This document shows positions 24,965-33,909 of a stretch of DNA of 33,909 nucleotides, piece after piece. Each line of letters starts with the position of its first letter. Positions within the stretch are counted from its first letter, which is position 1. The stretch covers positions 1 through 33,909 of the IMG/VR virus record IMGVR_UViG_3300002092_000020; one strand, 5' to 3'. The notes under the pieces were generated by a model. It did not search any database. It was not told where the DNA came from and was given only the letters and a program-made list of their open reading frames with translations. The translations under genes and the position numbers were made by a program. The DNA comes from a virus (taxonomy: Duplodnaviria > Caudoviricetes).

Positions 24965-25876
24965 ATGTCCCAAACGATGTTGCAACTGGTTCAGCAAGTC
25001 ACAGCAGAACTTAACCTATCAATACCTTCTTATGTAGCTGGAAATCAGTCCCAAGATGTGCAACAAATCTTGGCTTTGATGAATGGCGCTGGGTATGAAT
25101 TAGTTAAAGAGTACGATTGGCAAGCCCTCCAGGTGCAATATCGTTTTTACACGCAAGCTATTACCACTAATGGAACTACCGTTAATGGTTCAAATATTTT
25201 AACTGTTGCTGGAAATACAGACCTTAGTGCTGTTTCTAAACAATGGCAAATTACTGGTTATAACATTAACCAAGACACCAATGTAGCCACAGCCAATAAC
25301 ACTACAAAACAAATTGTAATGACCCAAATGGCTTCTGGCACAGGGTCAGGAAGTGTTGTTTTATCGCAAACAACGTATGATTTACCCCCTGATTTTGAAA
25401 CTATTACAGACCGAACTCAATGGGATAAGTCTAAGCATTGGGAAGCATTAGGGCCTGAAAGCGCCCAACAATGGCAATGGCTTAAATCTGGTTATATCTC
25501 TACTGGCCCACGCATTAGATGGCGTATTTTGGATAATCAATTCCAAATATGGCCTCCAATGAATACCAATGAGTACCTTGGTTGGGAATACCGCAGTAAA
25601 GGCTGGGTAAGGTCATCTACAGATGAAGTAAAGAATAGTTTTACCCAAGACTCAGATACAACGGTTTTTGATGACCGTTTGATGGTTTTGTATACAAAAT
25701 TAAAGTATTTCCAAGTTAAGTCTTTTGACACTACAGCGTTAAATCAAGACTATATGCGCTATTTAAGCGTTATTAAAGCCAATGACAAGGGTGCGCCAAA
25801 CCTGTCATTTGCCCCATACCCAAGCAAAGTGCTTATTGGTTATGCCAATATTCCTGATACTGGTTATGGAAGCTAA
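24965..25876 (+). CDS. Head-tail adaptor (tail tubular protein A-like)
   Basis: T.LQLVQ....EL, YDWQ.L, YDLP.DF, I.P.P; position before the nozzle. Confidence 0.7.
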   Translation: MSQTMLQLVQQVTAELNLSIPSYVAGNQSQDVQQILALMNGAGYELVKEYDWQALQVQYRFYTQAITTNGTTVNGSNILTVAGNTDLSAVSKQWQITGYNINQDTNVATANNTTKQIVMTQMASGTGSGSVVLSQTTYDLPPDFETITDRTQWDKSKHWEALGPESAQQWQWLKSGYISTGPRIRWRILDNQFQIWPPMNTNEYLGWEYRSKGWVRSSTDEVKNSFTQDSDTTVFDDRLMVLYTKLKYFQVKSFDTTALNQDYMRYLSVIKANDKGAPNLSFAPYPSKVLIGYANIPDTGYGS

Positions 25877-25878
25877 TT

Positions 25879-28338
25879 ATGGCGCAACCTAAACCACGCA
25901 CCGCAGTTACCGCCTCGGTTTCTAGTCCTATTGGGGGTTGGAATGCTAGGGACTCTATTGCTGAAATGCCACCGTTAGATGCGGTGGTTTTAAACAATAT
26001 GTTCCCTACTCCTACGGATGTGCAATTGCGCCTAGGGTATACAAAATCTTGTACAGGGATTAATGATGGTTTAGGTAACCCTTTACCAGTAAATACCTTA
26101 ATGAATTATGCTGGGACACAAACCCAACAATTATTTGCTGCTGCTGGAACAAAGATTTGGGATGTTTCAGGTGCTACTGCGGTAGCTAAAAAGACTATTG
26201 CTAATGACAAAATGCAGACTGTTCAAATTACAACTGCTGGCGGTCATTTCCTAGTAGCTTGTAACGGTACAGATGCTACTACATTTTATGATGGTACAAA
26301 TTGGATTAGCAATGCTTCTACAAGCACAGCGCAACAAGTAAACTCCGTTACCCATGTAGGAACATTAGCTACAGTTACTACCAATGTGGCACACAATCTA
26401 GTAACAGGCAATCAAATTGTAATGTCTGGCATTACACCAGCAGCTTACAACGGTACTTTTATCATTACCGTATTAAATGCTACACAATTTACCTATGTAA
26501 TGGCTACATCTCCAGCTACCAATGCTACAGCTAACGGTACAGCTTATGCTATTACTTCTATTACCAATACAGGTACAGGCGCTTTAGTTACAACCGCTTC
26601 TGCCCATAATTTGTATACAGGTAATGTTATTACTGTTACTGGGGCTACTCCAAGTGCTTACAATGGCACTTTTTCTATTACACGCCAAAGCGCTACAACC
26701 TTTACTTATGCTTTAGTAACTAACCCAGGTGGTGATGCTACAGTAGTGGGAACTTATAGTTTAGCTGCAAGCACTATTACTTATTTAGCCCATGATGGGA
26801 CTACAGCCAATGTAACAACTTCCACTAATCATGGCTTATATACTGGTAATCAAATTACCGTTTCTGGAAGCACACCATCAGACTATAACGGCACATTTAT
26901 CATTACTAAGTTAAACGAAACCCAGTTTAGCTACATTATGGCTACAAGCCCAGCTACAGATGCTACTGTAATAGGTGCTTATGTAGTAGTTGCCCAAACA
27001 ATTAGCACTAATGTGCAAACAGGCATTATTGCCAAACTTACAACCCCTGTAAATCACGATTTAACAACAGGTACTGTAGTCACAATTTCAGGGTGTACGC
27101 CAAGTGCCTATAACGGTACATACAATGTCATTGTTATTAGCGCTACGCAATTTAGCTACATTATGGCTTCTGCCCCTGTTAGTGCAGCAACAGTAGTAGG
27201 CACTTATGCCGTTTCGCAAGGCGGTTATTCTATTAACTTTGCCATTACAGGTGTAAACAGTAACAGATTTGTTAATGTTAATTTATTTAAAAATAGGTTA
27301 TATTTTACTGAAGTAAATACCATGAAAGTTTGGTATTTGCCAGTTAATTCTATTGCTGGTGCAGCCCAACCCCTTGAATTTGGTGGAATTGCTAGAAATG
27401 GTGGTTTTATTCAAGGTATGGCTACTTGGACTATTGATGCTGGTCAAGGCGCTGATGACTATGCGGTCTTTGTTACTAATATGGGCGAAGTTATTGTTTA
27501 TAACGGTACAGACCCTAGTACCGTAGCTACTTGGGCGCTAAAAGGTGTATGGCAACTTGGTTATGTATTTAGCCGTAGGTGCTTTTATAAGTTTGCTGGC
27601 GACATTCTTTTACTTACTCAAGATGGACTTGTGCCATTAGCTTCTGCATTGCAATCTAGCCGACTAGACCCTAGGGTAAACCTTACCGATAAGATTTATT
27701 ACGCTATTTCACAAGCTTGTACACTTTATGGTGGAAATTTTGGTTGGCAAATTGCTTATTACGCAAGCGAAAATATGTTGATTATTAATGTGCCAATTAA
27801 TTCTGGTATACAACAATTTGTAATGAATACCATTTCTAAGGCATGGTCAAGTTTTAGCAATATTAATGCCCAATGTTGGGAATTATCTAATGACCAAATG
27901 TACTTTGGTGGTACAGGCTATGTAGGGCATTTTTGGAACGCTTATTCAGATAATGGTAGCAACATTAATGCTGATATTCAGCAAGCTTATAGCTATTTTG
28001 ACGCTAGAGGCCAGTTAAAACGCTTTACTATGATTCGCCCAATATTCCAAACAGATAATGGAGTGCCTGGCGTTTTGGCAGGTATAAATGTGGATTTTGC
28101 AGTTCAAAATGACCTTGGTACTGTGTCATTTAATGCCCAAAATGCTGCTATTGGTTCTTGGGATAATGCCATTTGGGATTCTTCCCAATGGGGTGGAACA
28201 CTTAGTATTACTAAATCATGGCAAGGTGTTACTGGATTAGGTTATTCAGGTGGCGTTGTGATGAAGATAGCTTCACAAGGTATTGATGTACATTGGGCTT
28301 CTACAGATTATGTAATGGAGAGAGGTGGCGTTCTTTGA
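25879..28338 (+). CDS. Tail nozzle / packaged-DNA stabilisation protein with four inserted repeat domains
   Basis: PIGGWNARD, N.FP...V..R.G, FKNRLYF, YNGTDP, WD...WD...W beta-propeller-like; insert about 26335-27210. Confidence 0.8.
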   Translation: MAQPKPRTAVTASVSSPIGGWNARDSIAEMPPLDAVVLNNMFPTPTDVQLRLGYTKSCTGINDGLGNPLPVNTLMNYAGTQTQQLFAAAGTKIWDVSGATAVAKKTIANDKMQTVQITTAGGHFLVACNGTDATTFYDGTNWISNASTSTAQQVNSVTHVGTLATVTTNVAHNLVTGNQIVMSGITPAAYNGTFIITVLNATQFTYVMATSPATNATANGTAYAITSITNTGTGALVTTASAHNLYTGNVITVTGATPSAYNGTFSITRQSATTFTYALVTNPGGDATVVGTYSLAASTITYLAHDGTTANVTTSTNHGLYTGNQITVSGSTPSDYNGTFIITKLNETQFSYIMATSPATDATVIGAYVVVAQTISTNVQTGIIAKLTTPVNHDLTTGTVVTISGCTPSAYNGTYNVIVISATQFSYIMASAPVSAATVVGTYAVSQGGYSINFAITGVNSNRFVNVNLFKNRLYFTEVNTMKVWYLPVNSIAGAAQPLEFGGIARNGGFIQGMATWTIDAGQGADDYAVFVTNMGEVIVYNGTDPSTVATWALKGVWQLGYVFSRRCFYKFAGDILLLTQDGLVPLASALQSSRLDPRVNLTDKIYYAISQACTLYGGNFGWQIAYYASENMLIINVPINSGIQQFVMNTISKAWSSFSNINAQCWELSNDQMYFGGTGYVGHFWNAYSDNGSNINADIQQAYSYFDARGQLKRFTMIRPIFQTDNGVPGVLAGINVDFAVQNDLGTVSFNAQNAAIGSWDNAIWDSSQWGGTLSITKSWQGVTGLGYSGGVVMKIASQGIDVHWASTDYVMERGGVL

Positions 28339-28766
28339 GGCAAGTTGTTACTGCTGACCAAGACTATATGCGTGCTTGGTTGGGCAACAAATTGGGCGAA
28401 AAATTGCCAGAAAATACCACTTGTATTGGGCAAGAAAAAGACGGAAATTTAGTAGCAGTAATAGGGTATTGCGGTTTTAGGGCTAAATCGTGTTTAATGC
28501 ACGTTGCAGCCATAGATGAAAATTGGATTAGTAAAGACTTGTTATGGGCAACTTTCGATTATCCCTTTAATAAACTAGGAGTTAGCGTTATACTTGCAAC
28601 AGTTTCCTCTAATAATAAGGAAGCGTTAAAGTTAGACCGACACCTTGGTTTTGTAGATAAAGCGTATATCGAAGATGCCCACGAAGATGGGGATTTGGTT
28701 ATATTAGCAATGAGGCGTGAAAATTGTCGCTTTCTCGACATTAAAACGCCCCTAAAAGGAGTTTGA
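28335..28766 (+). CDS. GNAT-family acetyltransferase of podovirus tail modules
   Basis: FDYPF..LG, N..AL.L..HLGF; TTG 28335 overlapping the nozzle stop. Confidence 0.75.
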   Translation: MRQVVTADQDYMRAWLGNKLGEKLPENTTCIGQEKDGNLVAVIGYCGFRAKSCLMHVAAIDENWISKDLLWATFDYPFNKLGVSVILATVSSNNKEALKLDRHLGFVDKAYIEDAHEDGDLVILAMRRENCRFLDIKTPLKGV

Positions 28767-28767
28767 C

Positions 28768-30081
28768 ATGGGTGGCAACGGTGGAATTTTAGGTGGTATA
28801 ACAAATGCGGTGTTTGGAAGCCCACAAACTGTGGCAACTCCAGATTATACTGGTGCAGCGCAACAAACTGCTGCAGCTAATGCAGCTAATAACCGTATTA
28901 ATCAATCTACACCTTATGGTGGTTCACAATACCAACAAACTGGTACTGACCAATATGGCAACCCAACTTATACAGTAAACACAACGGCTGCCCCATTTGT
29001 ACAAAATGCAATTAATGCCCAAGGTGGGCAATTAATGAGTTATGCAAACCCATTTCAATCCCCTACATTTAATAGCGCTGGCGATATGCCAAAAATGAAC
29101 TATTACGGTTCACGCTTAAATCAACAACAATTTGACCCTGCTACTCAACTTCAAGCGTTACCAAAATATAATGTAAATACGCAAATTGACCAATCTCAAT
29201 TACCTACTTATGGTATTAATCCTGGTCAATCATATAGTGATGCCATTATGCAACGCTTACAGCCACAAATGGCACAAGATAAGCAATCACAGCAAGCACA
29301 ATTAGCAAACCAAGGAATTGTGCCTGGAACAGAAGCTTACAACAATGCAATGCGTACATTTAATCAAGGTCAAAATGACCAATTAACAAGCGCTGTAGTT
29401 GGTGGAATGAATACAGGATTAGCAGCTAATCAACAAGCTTATGGTCAACAAGTTGGTCAAATTGGTCTTAATTTACAAGGTCAAGGTCAAAACTTTGGTC
29501 AAGGGATTCAAACTAATGCCCAAAATATGAACGCTAATCAGCTTGCATTTAATCAACAATATCAAAACCAAGGTCTTGGTATGCAAGCACAAAACCAAGC
29601 ATTTACACAAGAAATGTCTAAATACTTATTGCCAGCACAAGTAGCAGGTATGCTTAAAAACCTTTCTACACCTACTTATGCCCCTACAAATACGGTTGCT
29701 GGAACGGATTATTTAACTGCTATGGGACTTACAAACCAAGGTAATGTGGCAAATGCCAATGCTAATAACGCTTATAACAATGCAATGATGCAAGGATTGT
29801 TTACCTTAGGTGCTGGTTCTATTGCTTCCCCTACTGGTACATTTAATTTCTTAAAATCTGATATTAGAGTTAAAGAAAACATTAAACCATTAGGAATTAC
29901 ATTAAATGGTTTAAATATTTATAGTTACGAATACAAATCAGAATTTAAAAATGACCCATTAGCAGGACATGGTACTTTCATTGGTGTAATGGCGCAAGAA
30001 GTTGAAAAAGTTATACCTAATGCAGTAATTACAATGAGTGATGGCTACAAAGCAGTTAATTACTCTATGTTAGGAATTTAA
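28768..30081 (+). CDS. DNA ejection/pilot protein with C-terminal peptidase S74 (intramolecular chaperone) domain
   Basis: PDY.GAA, NQ.TPYG, Gln/Asn-rich body; SDIRVKENIK...GVMAQEVEKV.P.AV....GYKAVNY. Confidence 0.75.
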   Translation: MGGNGGILGGITNAVFGSPQTVATPDYTGAAQQTAAANAANNRINQSTPYGGSQYQQTGTDQYGNPTYTVNTTAAPFVQNAINAQGGQLMSYANPFQSPTFNSAGDMPKMNYYGSRLNQQQFDPATQLQALPKYNVNTQIDQSQLPTYGINPGQSYSDAIMQRLQPQMAQDKQSQQAQLANQGIVPGTEAYNNAMRTFNQGQNDQLTSAVVGGMNTGLAANQQAYGQQVGQIGLNLQGQGQNFGQGIQTNAQNMNANQLAFNQQYQNQGLGMQAQNQAFTQEMSKYLLPAQVAGMLKNLSTPTYAPTNTVAGTDYLTAMGLTNQGNVANANANNAYNNAMMQGLFTLGAGSIASPTGTFNFLKSDIRVKENIKPLGITLNGLNIYSYEYKSEFKNDPLAGHGTFIGVMAQEVEKVIPNAVITMSDGYKAVNYSMLGI

Positions 30082-30082
30082 T

Positions 30083-31231
30083 ATGGCTACCGATTTAAAC
30101 CAATTAATTGCCAACCCAGAAATGCTAGGTTTAGAACGCCAACGCCAAATGGCGCAAGCGCTTCTTAAACAAGGCATGACATCACCACAAGGTCAAATGA
30201 TTGGTGACCGTTATGTACCTGCGAACCCAATGCAATACCTTGGTAATTTGTTTAGCGTTTATGCTGGTCAAAAAGGATTGGAAACGGCTGACCAACAAGA
30301 ATTGGCATTAGCTAAAGCATTGCGTGAAAAGAAACTTTTAGAAACAACAGATATTATGAAGTCATTAACTGGTGCGCCAGAAGTGGCTACAGAATTAGCT
30401 GGCCCTGCATACCAAGGTGTTGCACCACAAGCTATAATGCCAGCAGTACAAGCAAACCCACAAGAAGCATTAGCTAAAGCCCTTAAAAGCGAAACTGGCG
30501 CTGGCAATATGTTATTGCCTTCAATTATTGAAAATGTATTACCTAAGAAAACTCAAGAAATTATTAATTGGGAAGCAGAAAAAGCTAATGGTTATAAAGG
30601 CACTTTAAGTGAATTTAAAAACCAAATGAATGATTATCAAAAAGAAGAATTAAAAATTAAAAAACAACAACTTGGTTTGGAAGGCGCTAAATTTAATCTT
30701 GAACAACAAAAAGCTGCCCAAGAATTACAATATGGAAAACCTTTAAATGAAGCCCAAGCTAAAGCTGCTGTTTTTCATAGCCAAATGGTTAGTGCTTCAA
30801 ATGAATTAGGAAATGTATATAGTAAAGGGTTTAATCCTAACAGCCCTACAGCACAAGCACAAACTAGCATGGCTGGTGGAATGCTTAATGCTATTACTCC
30901 TTCTGACGCACAACAAGCTAAACAAGCCCAAAATCAATGGACTGAAGCTTATTTGCGTTTTAAAACAGGTGCTGGTACTAATGCACATGAAGTTGAAGCA
31001 AATCGTCAAACATATTTTCCTCAGATTGGCGATAAACCTGAACAAATTGCACAAAAATCACGCATGAGGGCGCAAGCTGAACAAGATATTGCTATGGCTG
31101 CTGGGCCTCATGGTGGAAGAATGGGCGCACAATCAACAACAGCAAATCCAGTTGCTATACCTTCTTTACAACCTACATCTAAAAATGTAACTCCAAGTTT
31201 ATGGGGTGAAGCAATTGTTGTTGGAAAATAA
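30083..31231 (+). CDS. Internal virion/ejection protein
   Basis: Gln/Ala-rich helical, LNEAQAKA, LRFKTGA, YFPQIGD. Confidence 0.7.
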   Translation: MATDLNQLIANPEMLGLERQRQMAQALLKQGMTSPQGQMIGDRYVPANPMQYLGNLFSVYAGQKGLETADQQELALAKALREKKLLETTDIMKSLTGAPEVATELAGPAYQGVAPQAIMPAVQANPQEALAKALKSETGAGNMLLPSIIENVLPKKTQEIINWEAEKANGYKGTLSEFKNQMNDYQKEELKIKKQQLGLEGAKFNLEQQKAAQELQYGKPLNEAQAKAAVFHSQMVSASNELGNVYSKGFNPNSPTAQAQTSMAGGMLNAITPSDAQQAKQAQNQWTEAYLRFKTGAGTNAHEVEANRQTYFPQIGDKPEQIAQKSRMRAQAEQDIAMAAGPHGGRMGAQSTTANPVAIPSLQPTSKNVTPSLWGEAIVVGK

Positions 31232-31234
31232 ATA

Positions 31235-33001
31235 ATGCCTACATATTCAATATCTGCACCTGATGGCAATACTTATAAAATTGAAGGCCCTACTGGGGCT
31301 ACTCAAGACCAAGTAAAAGCTGAAGTCTTGCGTCAACATCCTAATGCTGGTAGCGCTAAAATTGCGCCTGAAGTTGGTAATATGTATACTCAAGGCGCTG
31401 AAAATATTGTTTATGATGCTAATGGAATTCCGCAAACCACATCTTCTTATGGTTCTGCACCTACAGGCGCTACAAAAGCTGCCCAAGAAGCTTTAACTAG
31501 CACCGTAAGTTTGCCTCTTAATGTAGCAACTGGCGCAGCTAAAGCACCTGCTGCTGTAGCCCAATTAGTAGGAAAATACTTTGGTTCAAATGTTGGGGAT
31601 ATTCCAGTTGATGTTATTAATCAAATTGAAAAAGGCACACAAGCCCAAATGGGTGGCGTTGGAAGTGCAGTTAACCAAGTTGGTAGCGCTGTAGGTCAAG
31701 CAGCCCCATTTATGGGTGTTGGCGGTGCTGGAATGATACCTAGCTTTGCTAAAAATCTTGCAACAAGCGCTGGTGTAGGTGCATTGTCAGGTATTTTAAC
31801 TCCTGAACAAACTGGCTTAAATCCAGAACAATTTGCCAATGCAAAAACACAAAATATAGGTATTCAAACTGCAATTAATAGCGCTTTTCCTGTTGCGGGT
31901 AAATTAGTAAGCGCATTGCGTGGTACACCGTTATCACCACAAATGGCTGGCGCTGTTGAAAAAGCTAGAGAAACTGGATACACAGTACCTCCTACTCAAG
32001 CTGGCGGTGGTGTTTTTAATAGATTATTAGAAGGAATGGCTGGAAAAATATCTACATTGCAAGAAGCAAGCGTTAGAAATCAAGCAATTACAGATAAATT
32101 AGCTAAAAAATCTTTAGGATTATCTGAAGATGTTGCATTAACGCCTGAAGTTCTTAAAGGCGTTAGAGATGAAGCTGGAAAAGTTTATGACGGTATTAGC
32201 AACTCAGGAATCATTATTCCAAACAAAAGCTTTAACAATGCTTTAGATAAGATTGGCGAAAATGCTGTTAAAGCAGAAATTAATTTTCCTAATGCTACTT
32301 CCAAACAAATATTAGAAGTTGTTGGTTCTTTAAGAAAAAATGCTTTTGATTCTGGGTCTGCGGTTTCAAGAATTAAACAACTTAGAACTGAAGCTGACAT
32401 GGCTTATCGTGCTGGCAATACTGAACTAGGAAGCGCAACAAAATCCGCAGCAAATGCTTTAGAAGATGCTATTGAAGGGCATTTAACTAAATTAAATCAG
32501 CCAGATGCTTTAAATAAATTTAAAGAAGCTAGACAACTTATTGCTAAAACTTATACAGTTGAAAAAGCAATGAATAAAACAACTGGCACAGTTGATGCTA
32601 AAAACCTTGCAAGCAGATTACAAGCTGGCAAGCCTATGAGTGGTGAATTAAAAGATATTGCACAGTTTGCACAAGCATTTCCTAAAGCTTCTCAAATGCC
32701 TGAAAAAATTGGTGGAACTATTGGTATTAGCCCATTAGATTACACCGTAGCTGGACTTACTGGAGGTGCTTCATTATTAGGTGGTGAAGATAAAGCAAGC
32801 AGTACTATGAATAGTTTAATTGCTTTATTAGCAAGACCAGGTGCTAGAAAGTTAGTATTGTCTGCCCCTATGCAAAATAGATTGGTACAGCAACAAATTT
32901 CTAGTCCTGGCGCAATTAGAAATGCACTTCCTTCTAATGAAGAACAAAAACAATTGGCTAAAATGTTATTAATGCAATCTGCTGGTCAAGCAGCACAATA
33001 A
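31235..33001 (+). CDS. Internal virion/ejection protein
   Basis: Y.I.APDG..Y..EGP.GA N-terminus; Gly/Ala hydrophobic segments; helical C-terminus. Confidence 0.7.
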   Translation: MPTYSISAPDGNTYKIEGPTGATQDQVKAEVLRQHPNAGSAKIAPEVGNMYTQGAENIVYDANGIPQTTSSYGSAPTGATKAAQEALTSTVSLPLNVATGAAKAPAAVAQLVGKYFGSNVGDIPVDVINQIEKGTQAQMGGVGSAVNQVGSAVGQAAPFMGVGGAGMIPSFAKNLATSAGVGALSGILTPEQTGLNPEQFANAKTQNIGIQTAINSAFPVAGKLVSALRGTPLSPQMAGAVEKARETGYTVPPTQAGGGVFNRLLEGMAGKISTLQEASVRNQAITDKLAKKSLGLSEDVALTPEVLKGVRDEAGKVYDGISNSGIIIPNKSFNNALDKIGENAVKAEINFPNATSKQILEVVGSLRKNAFDSGSAVSRIKQLRTEADMAYRAGNTELGSATKSAANALEDAIEGHLTKLNQPDALNKFKEARQLIAKTYTVEKAMNKTTGTVDAKNLASRLQAGKPMSGELKDIAQFAQAFPKASQMPEKIGGTIGISPLDYTVAGLTGGASLLGGEDKASSTMNSLIALLARPGARKLVLSAPMQNRLVQQQISSPGAIRNALPSNEEQKQLAKMLLMQSAGQAAQ

Positions 33002-33010
33002 GGAAACACT

Positions 33011-33909
33011 ATGTCACGCAATGGTTCAGGTACTTACTCGCTGCCAGTCGGCAACCCTGTAGTCACAGGCACAACTATTAGTTCTACATGGGCTAATAAC
33101 ACTCTTACAGACATTGCTAACGCATTGACAGGTTCATTGGCTGCTGACGGTCAAACAACTGCTTCTGGCAACCTTAATATGGGTACAAACCGTATTATTA
33201 ACCTTGCTGACCCTACTAGCGCACAAGACGGTGCTACTAAATACTATGTAGACCAACTTATTGCTGCTTTAGGAACAATGGCTTATCAAAATGCTAATAA
33301 TGTGACTATTACTGGTGGTGCTGTTTCTAATGTGGATTTAGACCTTCATTCTAAAACTAATGAAATTTACCTTCCTGTTGGCCCTACTTCATTGCGTACC
33401 GCTTCTCCAATTCCAGGGTTAATGCGTTTTAATACTGATGCAGGTGGCTTTTATGAAGGCTACATTAACGGAGTATGGCAAAAATTTACTACTGCTAATG
33501 AAGGTTCTTACACAATTACTTATGTTGTTGTTGGAGGCGGTGGTGGTGGTTCAAATGGTGGTGGTACTGGTGGTGGCGGTGCAGGTCAATTTACAACTAG
33601 CACATTAACTGCTATTCCAGGCAATGTATTTACAATGACCATTGGCGGTGGTGGTGCAGCAGGTTCTACAGGAAGCACAACATCTATTGTTGGAATTGTT
33701 AATGCTGTTGGAGGTGGCGGTGGTGGAAATCCTGCAAACACATCCGCAAGCGCTGGTGGTACTTCTGGTAACGGTTATGCTGGTGGTTTTGGACTAGGAA
33801 CGGCTGGTGGTGGTGGTTCTAGTGCTGTAGGTTCTAGCAATAACGGTGGTGCTGGTACTGCTACATTAATTCAAGGTGGGTCAATTACCCTTGCTGGTGG
33901 TGGCGGTGG
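33011..33909 (+). CDS. Tail fibre/adhesin, N-terminal part (continues across the origin to nt 350; not in ORF track)
   Basis: AAGGA SD; MSRNGSGTYSLPVGNPVVTGTTISSTWAN virion-attachment domain, DGATKYYVD, YVVVGGGGGG. Confidence 0.9.
   Translation, partial: MSRNGSGTYSLPVGNPVVTGTTISSTWANNTLTDIANALTGSLAADGQTTASGNLNMGTNRIINLADPTSAQDGATKYYVDQLIAALGTMAYQNANNVTITGGAVSNVDLDLHSKTNEIYLPVGPTSLRTASPIPGLMRFNTDAGGFYEGYINGVWQKFTTANEGSYTITYVVVGGGGGGSNGGGTGGGGAGQFTTSTLTAIPGNVFTMTIGGGGAAGSTGSTTSIVGIVNAVGGGGGGNPANTSASAGGTSGNGYAGGFGLGTAGGGGSSAVGSSNNGGAGTATLIQGGSITLAGGGG

Larger units (their letters stand above)
1..33909. mobile_element. Complete circularly permuted dsDNA tailed phage genome (podovirus-like, no integrase seen)
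   Basis: Terminase, portal, scaffold, capsid, nozzle, ejection proteins and lysis genes all present; no tape-measure or sheath gene; ends overlap by 61 nt. Confidence 0.95.

Noticed and set aside
12182-32400. Numerous minus-strand ORFs of 60-139 aa in the structural region
   Set aside because: All lie opposite well-supported genes, lack SD sites and have antisense-type composition.
33849-33909. Biological direct terminal repeat
   Set aside because: Exact 61-nt overlap in the middle of a coding sequence is typical of assembler circularisation.
1-33909. Stop-codon reassignment (alternative genetic code)
   Set aside because: Standard code gives intact long genes and dense tiling; TAA, TAG and TGA all end plausible genes.

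Overview
The window is an apparently complete, circularly assembled genome (about 33,848 bp; nt 1-61 are identical to nt 33849-33909) of an AT-rich, short-tailed (podovirus-like) dsDNA phage. An embedded Rz/Rz1 spanin pair indicates a Gram-negative host; a freshwater betaproteobacterial host is my impression from gene content only. Layout: lysis cassette (0.4-2.1 kb); leftward early/recombination operon (PD-(D/E)XK exonuclease, SSB-like, ERF; 2.0-5.2 kb) with a cluster of three structured non-coding elements; a cro-like gene with no cI or integrase; a rightward replication/nin-like region; an inverted metallophosphoesterase + HExxH pair; then terminase, portal, fibre cassette, scaffold, major capsid, adaptor/nozzle, GNAT, three ejection proteins and a second fibre crossing the origin. 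I recognised no polymerase, primase, helicase, integrase, tRNA or CRISPR. The most novel-looking signals are: (i) a ~190-nt multi-stem, pseudoknot-capable element with its own promoter, followed by iteron-like repeats, upstream of a replication initiator reduced to its C-terminal domain; (ii) a tandem array of three structured RNAs at 3.1-3.3 kb, including a tRNA-like RNA whose loop is antisense to the phage's own Shine-Dalgarno sites; (iii) three dispersed glycosyltransferase-like genes, one apparently lacking a canonical start codon. All family assignments come from motif recognition by eye, not database searches.
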